Notes: generated by a model from the sequence alone, not told the origin. A DNA stretch of 64,000 bases from Minisyncoccia bacterium (GCA_038249055.1 JBBRWS010000001.1:78244-142243), one strand, 5' to 3'; counted from the stretch's first letter, positions 29,306-40,207 are shown. Numbers and translations: made by a program.

Positions 29306-30337
29306 ATGGAACACGAAAAACAAAATGAAGTGTTATTAGAAAACAAAGAAGAAATATCAAATCACTTACTTGAGGTTAAGGCGGTTAAAAAGGACCGTAT
29401 ACTTTCTGCAAGTATTTTAATCTCTTCTATTATTTTAGGTGGAGCTTTAATCTATACTGTAGGACCTAAGAGTTCGACAGGACAGAGTGCAAATGCTGCG
29501 GGACAACAAACACCATTATCGGAATTAGAAGGAAAAGTTTTACCAGCAAAGGGTGTAACACTGCCTGTGGTTTGGGGCGATCTAGGAGCAAAATTAGTAG
29601 ATGCTGGCGTTATTGATGCAGATAAATTCAAATCAATCTACGAACAAAGAGGTCAGTTTACAGAAGAATATAGAAAATTACTTCTTGACCAAAACAATGG
29701 AAAAATAAAAATAACGAAAGAAAATTCTGGTTATATTTTGAATCTATTTTGGGCTCTTGGTTTAGCGAACAAGAATGAGATATTAGAAAAAGGAGAAATG
29801 GTAGATCCTCAGTATGGAGGGGCAAAAGGATTTGCTTCAACTGGAGGTTGGACTATTGCTAAAGGTGGAGCAATGGAACATTACAGTAAACATACACTAG
29901 TTAATCTGACACCTGAACAGCAAGCCCTTGTAGATAAAGTATCTCGTGGTATATATCGTCCATGTTGTGGTAATTCAGTTCATTTTCCTGATTGTAATCA
30001 CGGAATGGCAATGCTTGGATTGCTTGAGTTAATGGCTTCACAAGGTGTTAGTGAACAAGATATGTGGAATACAGCACTAACTGTCAATTCATACTGGTTC
30101 CCAAATAATTACCTAACTATTGCTACTTACATGCAAAGTAAAGGTATTGATTGGAAGAATGTTAATCCACAAGAAATGCTAAGTGCACAGTATTCTAGTT
30201 CTAGAGGTTATGCCAATATTGCTTCTCAAGTAACACAGCCTAGTAGTCAGAGTGCTGGTGGAAGTGGTTGTGGTTTAGGTGATGCTGGTGCGTCTGCTCC
30301 TGCCCCTCAAAGTCAGCAGACTGGTTGCGGGTTGTAA
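29306..30337 (+). CDS. membrane-anchored protein with Cys/His motif (RPCCGNSVHFPDCNHG) and a Gly/Ser/Cys-rich tail
   Basis: N-terminal TM helix; possible metal-binding motif; sits in the metal island. Confidence 0.45.
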   Translation: MEHEKQNEVLLENKEEISNHLLEVKAVKKDRILSASILISSIILGGALIYTVGPKSSTGQSANAAGQQTPLSELEGKVLPAKGVTLPVVWGDLGAKLVDAGVIDADKFKSIYEQRGQFTEEYRKLLLDQNNGKIKITKENSGYILNLFWALGLANKNEILEKGEMVDPQYGGAKGFASTGGWTIAKGGAMEHYSKHTLVNLTPEQQALVDKVSRGIYRPCCGNSVHFPDCNHGMAMLGLLELMASQGVSEQDMWNTALTVNSYWFPNNYLTIATYMQSKGIDWKNVNPQEMLSAQYSSSRGYANIASQVTQPSSQSAGGSGCGLGDAGASAPAPQSQQTGCGL

Positions 30338-30353
30338 TTAAATACATTGATTT

Positions 30354-30587
30354 ATGAAAGAAAAAATAATTCATCAGCTTAAGATTGAAGAAAACAAGAT
30401 TAAAAGAATAATCAAAGCTATTGATAGTAATAAATGTATAGATGATGTTCTTGTTCATATAAGTGATGCTAAGAAAACATTATTAACTATTAGATGTATG
30501 ATTTTACAAGAATATCTATTAAAGGTTGCAAAACAAAACAACTTTCCTAAAAATAAAGTTCTTAAATATTACAAATTAACAAACTAA
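30354..30587 (+). CDS. CsoR/RcnR-family metal-sensing repressor-like protein
   Basis: 77 aa; KIKRIIKAIDSNKCIDDVLVHISDAKK resembles the CsoR helix with the conserved Cys. Confidence 0.45.
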   Translation: MKEKIIHQLKIEENKIKRIIKAIDSNKCIDDVLVHISDAKKTLLTIRCMILQEYLLKVAKQNNFPKNKVLKYYKLTN

Positions 30588-30609
30588 AATATGAAAAACT
30601 ATTATTGAA

Positions 30610-32376
30610 ATGAATAAAATTATGAAAAATAAAGAATTTAAAAAAGTAAAACTTAAAATCCATGGTATGCACTGTGCAAGCTGTGAAGTCTTGATAGAAC
30701 GAAAATTCAAAAATGTTTCTGGGGTAGAAAAAGTTAATATTAATCATGCAAGTGGACACGCGGAACTCATATGTTCACAGGAACCAAATCTAAAACAATT
30801 AAATAGTCTAGTTAATGATGATGGTTATCATGTAACTACTTGGGAAGATCGTAATGAAAGTATTCCTGATAATCTTGTTAAAAAAAATAAAGCGATTGAT
30901 TACTTACAGATGGGGTGGATTTTCCTAATAATTGTTTCTTTATATTTTATATTGAAACAATTTGATTTTCTTCCAAGTATTTCTGTTGATGGCAGTATGA
31001 GTTATGGTGTTATATTTGTTATTGGATTAGTAGCGGCTGTTTCTTCGTGTATAGCTGTAGTCGGAGGGTTATTATTAGCACTTGCGGAAAAATATAACGA
31101 AGCACATCCTAATCTTACTGGAGTTCAAAAATTTAAACCACACATATACTTCAACATTGGACGTGTTTTAGGATATACAGTGTTTGGTGCTTTAGTAGGA
31201 GCATTGGGTTCAGTCTTTACACTTTCTCCAAGAGCCAATGGATTCCTTATGGTATTTGTAAGTATCATAATGCTCATGCTTGGATTCCAATTATTAAATC
31301 TGTTTCCACAATTAAGAAGATTTAGTCCAAGAATGCCAAAATGGATTAGTCACAAAATTCATGATTTAAGTGGAAAAGATAATAAAGGTGCCCCAATGAC
31401 GCTGGGTGCCCTAACCTTCTTTCTTCCTTGTGGATTCACTCAAGCATTACAGTTATATGTTTTAGCTAGTGGTGATTGGAAAGTTGGAGCATTAACAATG
31501 CTTGTGTTCTCTTTGGGAACAATGCCAGCATTAGTGTCATTAAGTGCGGTATCTAGTTTTGCAAAAGGTGTATTTCAAAAACACTTCCTTCGGTTTGCAG
31601 GGGTCTTAGTTGTTATGCTTGCGTTGTTCAACATAAATAATGGGATAACTCTTGCTGGATACAATTTTAATCCAGCCGCAATTTTTGCTTCAAAATCAAG
31701 TGGTACAGAAAGTTCCAATATGCCTAAAGCAGAAATAGTGGATGGAAAACAAATTGTCAGAATGAAAGTTAGTGGTTACACTTATACTCCTAATAAATTC
31801 ACAGTTGTTGAGGGTATCCCTGTTGAATGGCAAATCGATGGAGCTTCTGCATCTGGTTGTGGAAAGGTAGTTGTTATGCCATCCTTGGGATTAAGTAAAT
31901 ATTTGTCACCTGAAGGTATTACAACAATAAACTTTACTCCAACACAAACAGGGACAATCCCATTTAACTGTAGTATGGGAATGATGACACGTGGATCTCA
32001 ATTTACGGTAATCCCAAACACTACTGGAATCGTTGGTGCAAAAATAGAAACCCCAGTGGAAACACCAACACCAGCATGTGATCCTGCTGTCTCAAAATGT
32101 CCAGATACTCAAAAACTCTCTATTGAAGTTTCTCAAGAAAAAGGTGTTTACCCTAGATCATTAACTGCTAAAAAAGGGGTACCGATTGAATTAACAATAA
32201 ATAATAAAGTTGCACTTGGTGGCTGTATGTCTATTTGGGTTATACCTAAATACAATATTACTATGCCAATGAAAATTGGTGTTATTAAAAATACTTTTAC
32301 ACCGACAGAAACTGGCGTCTTAAATATTACTTGTAGTATGGGGTCGAAAATGGCTGAAATAATTATTAAGGATTAA
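30610..32376 (+). CDS. fusion protein: metal-binding HMA domain, polytopic permease-like domain, and two C-terminal cupredoxin-like (Cys/Met-rich) domains
   Basis: GMHCASCE (HMA); about 8 TM helices with LPCGFTQ; two repeats ending NCSMGMM and TCSMGSKM, resembling the cupredoxin_1 C...M site. Confidence 0.55.
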   Translation: MNKIMKNKEFKKVKLKIHGMHCASCEVLIERKFKNVSGVEKVNINHASGHAELICSQEPNLKQLNSLVNDDGYHVTTWEDRNESIPDNLVKKNKAIDYLQMGWIFLIIVSLYFILKQFDFLPSISVDGSMSYGVIFVIGLVAAVSSCIAVVGGLLLALAEKYNEAHPNLTGVQKFKPHIYFNIGRVLGYTVFGALVGALGSVFTLSPRANGFLMVFVSIIMLMLGFQLLNLFPQLRRFSPRMPKWISHKIHDLSGKDNKGAPMTLGALTFFLPCGFTQALQLYVLASGDWKVGALTMLVFSLGTMPALVSLSAVSSFAKGVFQKHFLRFAGVLVVMLALFNINNGITLAGYNFNPAAIFASKSSGTESSNMPKAEIVDGKQIVRMKVSGYTYTPNKFTVVEGIPVEWQIDGASASGCGKVVVMPSLGLSKYLSPEGITTINFTPTQTGTIPFNCSMGMMTRGSQFTVIPNTTGIVGAKIETPVETPTPACDPAVSKCPDTQKLSIEVSQEKGVYPRSLTAKKGVPIELTINNKVALGGCMSIWVIPKYNITMPMKIGVIKNTFTPTETGVLNITCSMGSKMAEIIIKD

Positions 32377-32389
32377 ATAAAATAAATAT

Positions 32390-32605
32390 ATGAATAAAAA
32401 TATTGTTTTTACAATAAAAGGCACTCACTGTAACTCTTGCAAAATATTGATTGAAGATGTTTGTAAGGATATTAAAGGAGTTAAATCGTGTTGTGTGGAT
32501 GTTCAAACAGGAAAAACATTATTAGAATATGATAAAAATTTTGACTTTGCTGTTTTTAAAAAAGAGGTCGAGGAATTAGGTCAGTATAAAGTAGAAATTA
32601 ATTAA
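32390..32605 (+). CDS. copZ: copper chaperone CopZ-like (single HMA domain)
   Basis: 71 aa; GTHCNSC metal-binding motif. Confidence 0.7.
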   Translation: MNKNIVFTIKGTHCNSCKILIEDVCKDIKGVKSCCVDVQTGKTLLEYDKNFDFAVFKKEVEELGQYKVEIN

Positions 32606-32606
32606 T

Positions 32607-35600
32607 ATGAATACAAATAAGTTATCCTTCTTAATAGAAGGAATGCATTGCGGTTCTTGTGAAATAATTATCAAGAATGAGTTGTCTGAATTACTTGGAG
32701 TAAGTGATATTTCTGTTAATTCTAAATTAGGGATAGCCGAGTTAACTCTTGATAGTTCAAAAAATAGCATTGAAGATGTCGTTTCAGCAATAAAACAAGC
32801 TGGATATAATGCCGAACTTCAATCTGAATCAAAAACTGAAGATGATAAAAAGGATGTAACAATCTCAACAAATTATTCGGATAGCAAAGAACCTTTAAAA
32901 ATTAAATTGGAATCAAAAACTTTAGCAGAGGGAAAAGTTTTAGAGGATGATAATGGAAAACATTATTTTGATGGGGTCATTAAAACTGATCGTTCCGCAG
33001 AATTTACAATTCCTGAGAACTCTCCTGAGATTGATAATTTGGTTGGTCAGTTGAGTAAAACAACTACTATCGCTCGATTGTTTGATATCGTATCAGGTGA
33101 AAGTTCTAATAAAGAAATAGTCAAACTTCCTCAATCTCAAAATAAATCCAGTGGAATAATACCTGTTGTGACTGAAAGCAATTCTAATCAAAGAATCAGT
33201 TTGTCTCTTTTTGGTATGCATTGTTCTTCATGTGCAAACATCATTGAACGGTCTTTAAAGAAAGTGCCAGGTGTTAAACAAGCTAATGTTAACTTTGCTG
33301 CAGAAAAAGCAAGTATTGTTTATGATCAATCACAAGCAACAACACAGAATTTAATTGACGCTATAGGCAAGGCTGGCTATAAAGCAGAATTAGTTGATTC
33401 GAAAGATGGAGATTATGAACGCAAAAAACGTGAAAAACAAACTAATTTATTCTTTAAATTATTTTGGTATAGTTTTGCTTTGAGTGTCCCAATGTTGTAC
33501 TTCATGCTACTAGATTTCTTTGCCATACCAGGGAAAACAGCAGTTCTGCCGTATGTTGGTATTATTTCTCTTGTATTAACTATCCCAATTCAATTTATAA
33601 TTGGATCAGGTTTTTATAAAGGAATGTGGTCATCGCTCAAAATGAAAACGTTCAATATGGACAGTTTGATTGCTATTGGTACATCCACAGCTTTCTTTTA
33701 TAGTTTATTTAATTTTGTAAATTACTTTGTAAAAACTGGATCATTAATAGGTCTTAATGGAAAAATTCCAGAGTTATATTTTGAGACAGCAGCATTTTTA
33801 ATCACATTTGTCATTCTTGGAAAATGGTTAGAAATAAGAACAAAGAGTAAAACAGGAGATGCTATTAAAAAATTGATGGGGTTACAAGCTAAAACTGCAC
33901 GTGTAATTAGAAACGGAGTTACCATTGATGTGCCAGTTGAAGATGTAATACATGGTGATATCATTATGGTTCGTCCAGGTGAAAAAATACCTGTAGATGG
34001 AAAAATAACGAAAGGAATATCTGCAATAGATGAATCAATGATTACAGGTGAAAGTCTACCTGTTGAAAAGAAAGTTGGAGATAATGTAATTGGAAGTACA
34101 GTAAACAAAACAGGTAGTTTTGAATTTGAAGCTACTAAGGTTGGAAGTGAAACGGCTTTAGCTCAAATAATCCGATTGATTGAAGATGCTCAAGGTTCAA
34201 AAGCTCCAATTCAAGGATTTTCAGATAGAATATCTGCAGTCTTTGTGCCGATAGTTATTGGTATTGCAATACTAACTTTTGTAGTTTGGTATTTGTTTTT
34301 AGGATCAACACTAGCTTTTGCATTAATGGCATTTACTGCCGTAATTGTAATAGCCTGTCCTTGTGCCTTAGGTTTAGCTACACCAACATCATTGATGGTT
34401 GGTACAGGTAAAGGTGCTGAATACGGTATCTTAATAAAGGGTGGCGAACCATTAGAAGCAGCTTGTCACATAAATACTGTTGTGTTTGATAAAACTGGTA
34501 CTTTAACAAAAGGTAAACCAGAAGTTACAGATATTATTTCTTTTGAAAGTACAGATGAAGATGAAATATTAACAATTTCTGCAAGCCTAGAGAGATTGTC
34601 AGAACATCCTTTAGCAGAAGCAATTTATACTTATGCAAATGAAGAATCAGTTAGCTTAGATGAGGTTAAAGACTTTTCAGCTATTCCAGGGCATGGTGTA
34701 AAAGGTACAATTGATAATACCGAATATTATTTTGGAAATCGTCGTTTGATCATAGATATCCTTGGTCTTTCTATTAGTAAAGTTGATCGCAAGTTAACTA
34801 AATTAGAAGAGCAAGGAAAAACAGCGATGATTCTAGCTACTAAAGAAAAAATATTAGGTGCTGTTGCTGTTGCTGACACTGTGAAGCCTACCTCTTTTGA
34901 GGCTGTAGCTAAATTGAAAAAAATGGGAATCACAGTATATATGATTACTGGTGATAATGAACGAACTGCCAGAGCAATTGCTTCTCAAGTTGGAATTGAA
35001 AATGTTTTAGCTGAAGTATTACCAGAAGACAAAGCAAATGAAGTTAAAAAACTTCAACAAAACAACAATAAAGTTGCGATGGTCGGAGATGGTATCAATG
35101 ATGCCCCTGCTCTTGCACAAGCGAATCTTGGTATAGCCATGGGTTCTGGAACTGATGTAGCTATGGAAACAGGAGGTATTGTGATAATGAAAAATGATTT
35201 AAATGATGTTGTTACTGCATTTCAATTATCAAGAGAAACAATGTGGAAGATTAAACAAAATATGTTTTTTGCATTATTCTATAACATAATTGGAATACCT
35301 ATTGCAGCCCGTATATTTATAGGTTTTGGACTAGTCTTAAAACCTGAATTAGCTGGTCTTGCAATGGCGTTAAGTTCTATTTCAGTAGTTGGTAATTCCT
35401 TATTATTAAAATACTTTAAACCAAATAAGAGAAATTATATATCATTAATTGCTCCGCTTGTGATGGTCCTTGTATTTACATTTGGATTTATAGAATTTGC
35501 TAAATTAAGTTCAGGTATGGAAAATGAAGGACCTAAACCAATGGTATCTATTGAGGGTGCATCAACACTTAATACATTTATCGCAAATGGACAGACCAAG

Positions 35601-36293
35601 ATAAATTTTGCCGAAGGTAATCCTAAATTATTTTTAGGAGCAAATAGTATGCCAGGCATGTTGAAAGCTAATCAAGGTACCTTAGTTTTAGGTGATAACG
35701 AAATTATTATAGGTTACGATGAAGCAATGATGATGATAAAAGAAAACCTAATCAAAGGATCAGGAGACGTTTTGACAAACTTCTTTGGTTTGCCAAGTGT
35801 AAAAATTGTAGGAATTATTGAACCTACTGGAACATTGATTGATAGTTATCATTTCGTAAATAATGCAACATTGGCTAATATGACAAATGGAGCTACTGTT
35901 AAGTATGTCGCAGAAAAAGAAATTATAAAAAGTTTCTACTTTGATGTAGCACCTGTTGCTCCATTAATAGAAGTTACAGATTGGTACGGAGTAAAAACAT
36001 TTATCAAAGATCCAAAAGTGATTGTTGATGAAAGTATCCCAACACCAGAAAAATTAAAGAATAATATTCAAGGATTTAATGAGATATATTTAGGTGATAA
36101 AAAATATTTACCTATCTATATTGGATCTAGTGAAGCAAAAATGATGATAGACGCTAAATTGTTTACAAAAGTTGGTGATACAATTGAGAATTTCTTCGGT
36201 AATAATGTAATGGTCGCAGGAATATTACCAGAAACTAAAACCAGTCTTGATACAATGCATTTTGTAGGACAAGGGTTTGTATTAGTAAAATAA
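32607..36293 (+). CDS. copA: Cu+-exporting P1B-type ATPase (CopA) with two HMA domains and a ~270-aa C-terminal repeat-containing extension
   Basis: GMHCGSCE and GMHCSSCAN; TGES, CPC, DKTGT, GDGIND motifs. After the last canonical TM there is an extra hydrophobic helix plus a 250-aa domain with an internal duplication. Confidence 0.85.
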   Translation: MNTNKLSFLIEGMHCGSCEIIIKNELSELLGVSDISVNSKLGIAELTLDSSKNSIEDVVSAIKQAGYNAELQSESKTEDDKKDVTISTNYSDSKEPLKIKLESKTLAEGKVLEDDNGKHYFDGVIKTDRSAEFTIPENSPEIDNLVGQLSKTTTIARLFDIVSGESSNKEIVKLPQSQNKSSGIIPVVTESNSNQRISLSLFGMHCSSCANIIERSLKKVPGVKQANVNFAAEKASIVYDQSQATTQNLIDAIGKAGYKAELVDSKDGDYERKKREKQTNLFFKLFWYSFALSVPMLYFMLLDFFAIPGKTAVLPYVGIISLVLTIPIQFIIGSGFYKGMWSSLKMKTFNMDSLIAIGTSTAFFYSLFNFVNYFVKTGSLIGLNGKIPELYFETAAFLITFVILGKWLEIRTKSKTGDAIKKLMGLQAKTARVIRNGVTIDVPVEDVIHGDIIMVRPGEKIPVDGKITKGISAIDESMITGESLPVEKKVGDNVIGSTVNKTGSFEFEATKVGSETALAQIIRLIEDAQGSKAPIQGFSDRISAVFVPIVIGIAILTFVVWYLFLGSTLAFALMAFTAVIVIACPCALGLATPTSLMVGTGKGAEYGILIKGGEPLEAACHINTVVFDKTGTLTKGKPEVTDIISFESTDEDEILTISASLERLSEHPLAEAIYTYANEESVSLDEVKDFSAIPGHGVKGTIDNTEYYFGNRRLIIDILGLSISKVDRKLTKLEEQGKTAMILATKEKILGAVAVADTVKPTSFEAVAKLKKMGITVYMITGDNERTARAIASQVGIENVLAEVLPEDKANEVKKLQQNNNKVAMVGDGINDAPALAQANLGIAMGSGTDVAMETGGIVIMKNDLNDVVTAFQLSRETMWKIKQNMFFALFYNIIGIPIAARIFIGFGLVLKPELAGLAMALSSISVVGNSLLLKYFKPNKRNYISLIAPLVMVLVFTFGFIEFAKLSSGMENEGPKPMVSIEGASTLNTFIANGQTKINFAEGNPKLFLGANSMPGMLKANQGTLVLGDNEIIIGYDEAMMMIKENLIKGSGDVLTNFFGLPSVKIVGIIEPTGTLIDSYHFVNNATLANMTNGATVKYVAEKEIIKSFYFDVAPVAPLIEVTDWYGVKTFIKDPKVIVDESIPTPEKLKNNIQGFNEIYLGDKKYLPIYIGSSEAKMMIDAKLFTKVGDTIENFFGNNVMVAGILPETKTSLDTMHFVGQGFVLVK

Positions 36294-36308
36294 ATTAAAT
36301 ATAAAAAT

Positions 36309-36710
36309 ATGAACAAAAAAATTGTTTTTTCATTATTTGGAGTTGTAATAGTTGGATTATCTATTCTCCTGTTGAAAGGTAGCAATATTGTACCCTCCAT
36401 TAAAGTAAATAATCAGCTTATTAGTAATGATAGTGTTGTTGTGGAGAGTGTAACAGCAGTATCTCCTAGTTGGCTTGTTATACAGACAGAGACTAATGGA
36501 ATACAGGGTCCTGTAATTGGATATACTAAAATCAATAAAGGTGAGAACAAAAATATCAGTGTTAAAATCGATTCAGGTCAAAAAACTCCTAAGCTCTTTG
36601 CTATGATACATGAAGATAATGGTGAAAAAAATAAATTTGATTTCCCTGATAATGATATGCCATTATTTTATAATGGTGAAATGGTTCTCCAATTATTTTC
36701 TATTGAATAA
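36309..36710 (+). CDS. secreted/membrane-anchored hypothetical protein
   Basis: signal-anchor; 133 aa. Confidence 0.4.
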   Translation: MNKKIVFSLFGVVIVGLSILLLKGSNIVPSIKVNNQLISNDSVVVESVTAVSPSWLVIQTETNGIQGPVIGYTKINKGENKNISVKIDSGQKTPKLFAMIHEDNGEKNKFDFPDNDMPLFYNGEMVLQLFSIE

Positions 36711-36761
36711 TAGTTTCAAAGTATTATAATTAATACATTAACAGATTAACACCTAATTAAA

Positions 36762-36983
36762 ATGAAATTATCAAAATTATTACATGTAGCTAGTATTGTT
36801 GTAGGAGTAACTGGGATTATTGTGTTTATAAGTGCAATTATCGGAGGTTCTGATAATGTTGTATTTGGTATAACTAAGTTTGATGCTTTGGCTTGTGCTG
36901 GTGTAATTATTCTTATAGCAATATGGCTTGGAATCGGGACAATTCATCATGTAATACTTGAAAGAAAAGGAGAAATTCTGTAA
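36762..36983 (+). CDS. small membrane protein
   Basis: 73 aa, two TM helices. Confidence 0.35.
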   Translation: MKLSKLLHVASIVVGVTGIIVFISAIIGGSDNVVFGITKFDALACAGVIILIAIWLGIGTIHHVILERKGEIL

Positions 36984-37037
36984 TTTTTAACAAATAAAAT
37001 AGTCGTCATTATTAAGATAATTAAATTATAAAAAATT

Positions 37038-37277
37038 ATGATGTACGGAATATATAATGGGTGGGGTACGGGAAGTATGATGGGCTGGTTTGGTGGTAGT
37101 ATTATGATGGTTTTGTTTTGGGGAGCAATTATTTATTTCATTGTTTGGCTTGTTCATAATAATAAAACAAATGGAGAAAGTGGAAAGAAGTCCATTGATA
37201 TCTTAAAAGAACGATACGCCAAAGGTGAAATTGATAAAAAAGAATTTGAAGAAAAGAAAAAAGATTTAACTTCTTAA
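37038..37277 (+). CDS. SHOCT-domain membrane protein
   Basis: TM helix followed by [23 protein letters not shown] (SHOCT signature). Confidence 0.6.
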   Translation: MMYGIYNGWGTGSMMGWFGGSIMMVLFWGAIIYFIVWLVHNNKTNGESGKKSIDILKERYAKGEIDKKEFEEKKKDLTS

Positions 37278-37394
37278 AAATTGAGATTGCTATATCGTGT
37301 AGTTATCATAGAGAAAACGTGTTAATATTTAATTATATTAACACGTTTTCAATTTAGTCGGATTAAATATTTTTAGATTAAATAATAAAAAAAT

Positions 37395-39635
37395 ATGAAT
37401 CATAACCATACTCACTCGATGGAAGGAGAAGAGAAAGCGATATATACCTGTGTCATGCATCCAGAAGTTCTTTCTGACAAGCCTGGTGTTTGTCCTAAGT
37501 GCGGAATGGTGCTTGTTAAAAAAGAAGAGGAAAAAATGGTTCACGATGTTCATTCTGGACATACGATGAGCAATCCATCAAAAATAAGTTTTTGGCAAAA
37601 ATTTAAAATGAGTATGTCTATGACTATGGGCATGGATCACACGGGTCTAGCTGGTCGAGAAATGTCTCGTCTTATGGAAATAGATATTCGTAATAAATTC
37701 TTTTTTTCTTTGATACTTACAATTCCAATAATTTTATATTCACCTCTAGGAACTGAATATCTAAAACTTAATCTACCATCTCCACTTCCTATTCCTTGGC
37801 TTCTTTTTGCTTTAACTACACCAGTATTTTTATATTCTGGATGGATTTTTCTATATTCAACATACTTCGCGTTGCGAGATAAGATGCTTAATATGGCAGT
37901 TCTTATTGCAGTCGGAATCACAGCAGCTTACGGCTTTAGTGTTTTACTAACCATACTTGGAAGTAGTGATTCGTATTATGAAGCTGCGGCTATGTTGATA
38001 ACATTTGTTCTCTTTGGTCATTGGATGGAAATGAAATCTCGTAGAGGGACGACTGATGCCTTGCAAGCACTATTTAATCTTGTACCTCCTCAGGCTAGAG
38101 TCTATAAAGATGGCAAAGAAATAATGGTTTCTACTTCTGACATACAACTAGGAGATATTGTTATCCTTAAACCAGGTGATAAAGTTCCTGTTGATGGAGA
38201 AATTATTGAAGGTGAAACCGCTATTGATGAATCTTTAGTTACAGGAGAATCAATTCCTACTTCTAAAAATATTGGGGATAAAGTAATTGGAGGATCAATC
38301 AATGTTACAGGTTCAGTAAAATTTAAGGCAACAAAAATCGGTAAGGATACTGCCTTAGCTCGAATTGTCGCAATGGTTGAAAAAGCACAAAATTCTAAAG
38401 CTCCAGGACAAAGACTAGCAGATAAATTTGCAAAATATCTTGTTATTGCAGCAGTAGGTTCAGGTCTTTTGGTATTTATTATTTGGTATTTTATTATTGG
38501 ATCACCACTTCTTTTAGCTCTCTCTTTTGCTATAGCCACAGTTGTTATTGCTTGCCCAGATGCTCTAGGATTGGCTACTCCGACCGCTGTTGCTGTTGGT
38601 ACAGGTCTCGGTGCTAAACATAATATTCTTATAAAAGATGCACCTACCCTTGAGCAGGTTTCAAAAATTCAAGCAATTGTTATGGATAAAACAGGTACGC
38701 TCACCGAGGGAAAACCAAAAGTAACCGATGTCGCAACAGTAGAAGGATTCGAATCAAACGAAGCACTTCGTCTAGTTGGTGCAGCCGAAGCAAAATCATC
38801 TCATCCATTAGCTGGTGCTGTTTTAGATGAGCTTAAGGTTCGCAATCTTACTCTACCAGAATCTGTTGAGAAGTTTGAAAATCTTTCAGGGCTTGGAGTA
38901 AAAGCTGTTGTTGATGGAAAAACTTTGCTGATAGGTACAGTTAAGTTAATGAAAGAGAATAATATTCCATTAGGTGTTTTGGAACAAAAAATAAATGAGT
39001 TTTTGGATAAAGGAGAGACGATTATGATTTTAGCTGTTGATGGAATGATTAAGGCTGTTGTTGGAGCACAAGATCCAATAAAACTTAATGCTTTAAAAGC
39101 AGTTGAGCGGATGAAAAAACTAGGAATTGAAATTGTCATGATCACTGGGGATAACAAAATGACTGCGGATAAGGTAGCTGGTCAAATAGGCATTCAAAGA
39201 GTTTTTGCAGAAGTTATGCCAGAAGATAAAGCCAGTTATGTTAAAAAGTTACAAGAGGAAGGTAAATTTACTGCAATGGTTGGAGATGGAGTTAATGATG
39301 CGCCTGCACTTGCTCAAGCTGATGTGGGCATTGCTATTGGTGCTGGTACTGATGTTGCTATCGAAACTGCTAAAGTCGTTCTAATGAAGTCTGACCCGTT
39401 AGACATACTTCGTGCAATTACTTTAAGTAAGGCAACTGTACGCAAAATGAAACAAAATCTTTTCTGGGCTTCAATTTATAATGTTTTAGCGATACCAATT
39501 GCAGGTGGAATTCTATATCCAAACTTTGGTATTATGCTCCGTCCAGAGTTTGCCGCACTTTTAATGAGTGTATCCTCCATAATTGTTGCAACAAATGCTG
39601 TGTTATTGAAACGAGTTGAAAAAGATCTAATATAG
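37395..39635 (+). CDS. heavy-metal P1B-type ATPase with His-rich/CxxC...CPKCGM N-terminal metal-binding region and an unusual CPD transmembrane motif
   Basis: YTCVMHPEV...CPKCGM; TGES, ACPDALGLATP, DKTGT, GDGVND. Confidence 0.85.
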   Translation: MNHNHTHSMEGEEKAIYTCVMHPEVLSDKPGVCPKCGMVLVKKEEEKMVHDVHSGHTMSNPSKISFWQKFKMSMSMTMGMDHTGLAGREMSRLMEIDIRNKFFFSLILTIPIILYSPLGTEYLKLNLPSPLPIPWLLFALTTPVFLYSGWIFLYSTYFALRDKMLNMAVLIAVGITAAYGFSVLLTILGSSDSYYEAAAMLITFVLFGHWMEMKSRRGTTDALQALFNLVPPQARVYKDGKEIMVSTSDIQLGDIVILKPGDKVPVDGEIIEGETAIDESLVTGESIPTSKNIGDKVIGGSINVTGSVKFKATKIGKDTALARIVAMVEKAQNSKAPGQRLADKFAKYLVIAAVGSGLLVFIIWYFIIGSPLLLALSFAIATVVIACPDALGLATPTAVAVGTGLGAKHNILIKDAPTLEQVSKIQAIVMDKTGTLTEGKPKVTDVATVEGFESNEALRLVGAAEAKSSHPLAGAVLDELKVRNLTLPESVEKFENLSGLGVKAVVDGKTLLIGTVKLMKENNIPLGVLEQKINEFLDKGETIMILAVDGMIKAVVGAQDPIKLNALKAVERMKKLGIEIVMITGDNKMTADKVAGQIGIQRVFAEVMPEDKASYVKKLQEEGKFTAMVGDGVNDAPALAQADVGIAIGAGTDVAIETAKVVLMKSDPLDILRAITLSKATVRKMKQNLFWASIYNVLAIPIAGGILYPNFGIMLRPEFAALLMSVSSIIVATNAVLLKRVEKDLI

Positions 39636-39644
39636 GTAATAATG

Positions 39645-39672
39645 CAAAAAACACCTAATAGGGTGTTTTTTG
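39645..39672 (+). terminator. rho-independent terminator
   Basis: AAAACACCTA-ATA-GGGTGTTTTTT. Confidence 0.65.
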
Positions 39673-39724
39673 GTATAAGACATTTTTTATCAAACAACTC
39701 GACGTATCTCGTGCTAGCACGTGA

Positions 39725-39799
39725 TGGTGACCCTACAGAGAATCGAACTCTGATTCCATCCTTGAGAAGGATGTGTCCTAACCGTTAGACGATAAGGCC
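39725..39799 (-). tRNA. tRNA-Glu (anticodon CUC), CCA encoded
   Basis: manual cloverleaf: acceptor GGCCTTA/TAGGGTC, D-arm GTCT-AACGGTTA-GGAC, anticodon arm CATCC-TTCTCAA-GGATG, T-arm CAGAG-TTCGATT-CTCTG, discriminator A, CCA. Confidence 0.85.
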
Positions 39800-39937
39800 G
39801 ATATTAATTACTAATTAATAATTACAAATTAAGAATTACTAACTTTATTTAATTCGTAATTATTAATTCATAATTATTATGAATACTCTTATAAAATACC
39901 AGAAATTAGGTTATTTTACAAGATTATAATTAATAAG

Positions 39938-39973
39938 AAAAAAGCCTGATTAATAAATAAATCAGGCTTTTTA
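39938..39973. terminator. bidirectional terminator
   Basis: AAGCCTGATT...AATCAGGCTT flanked by A/T runs. Confidence 0.55.
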
Positions 39974-40207
39974 AAGATAAGCATTAGAATAAAAATCAAA
40001 AAAAGCTTTTTTCGTGAATTTGATTTTTTTACTAATAGGGTAGTTATACAAATCATTTGTTAATTCAGTCTCAAACTTTTTTATTACATCTAGAGATTGA
40101 ATTTTAGTCTTTCGAAATTCATGCTCGAATTCGTCTTCAAATTCAGAATAGATAATAACTAATTTATCTATTTCTAGCGAATCATAATTCTCATCCATAT
40201 ATTTCAA
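39971..40207 (-). CDS. small acidic hypothetical protein
   Basis: 78-aa ORF. Confidence 0.3.
   Translation of the reverse strand: MKYMDENYDSLEIDKLVIIYSEFEDEFEHEFRKTKIQSLDVIKKFETELTNDLYNYPISKKIKFTKKAFFDFYSNAYL

Noticed and set aside
33722-39157. Opposite-strand ORFs nested inside the two P-type ATPase genes (33722-34108, 34727-34933, 35435-35659, 38102-38539, 38801-39157, 37637-37921)
   Set aside because: Shadow ORFs inside long, motif-rich genes; Pro/Ser/Ile-rich low-complexity translations; no independent signals.
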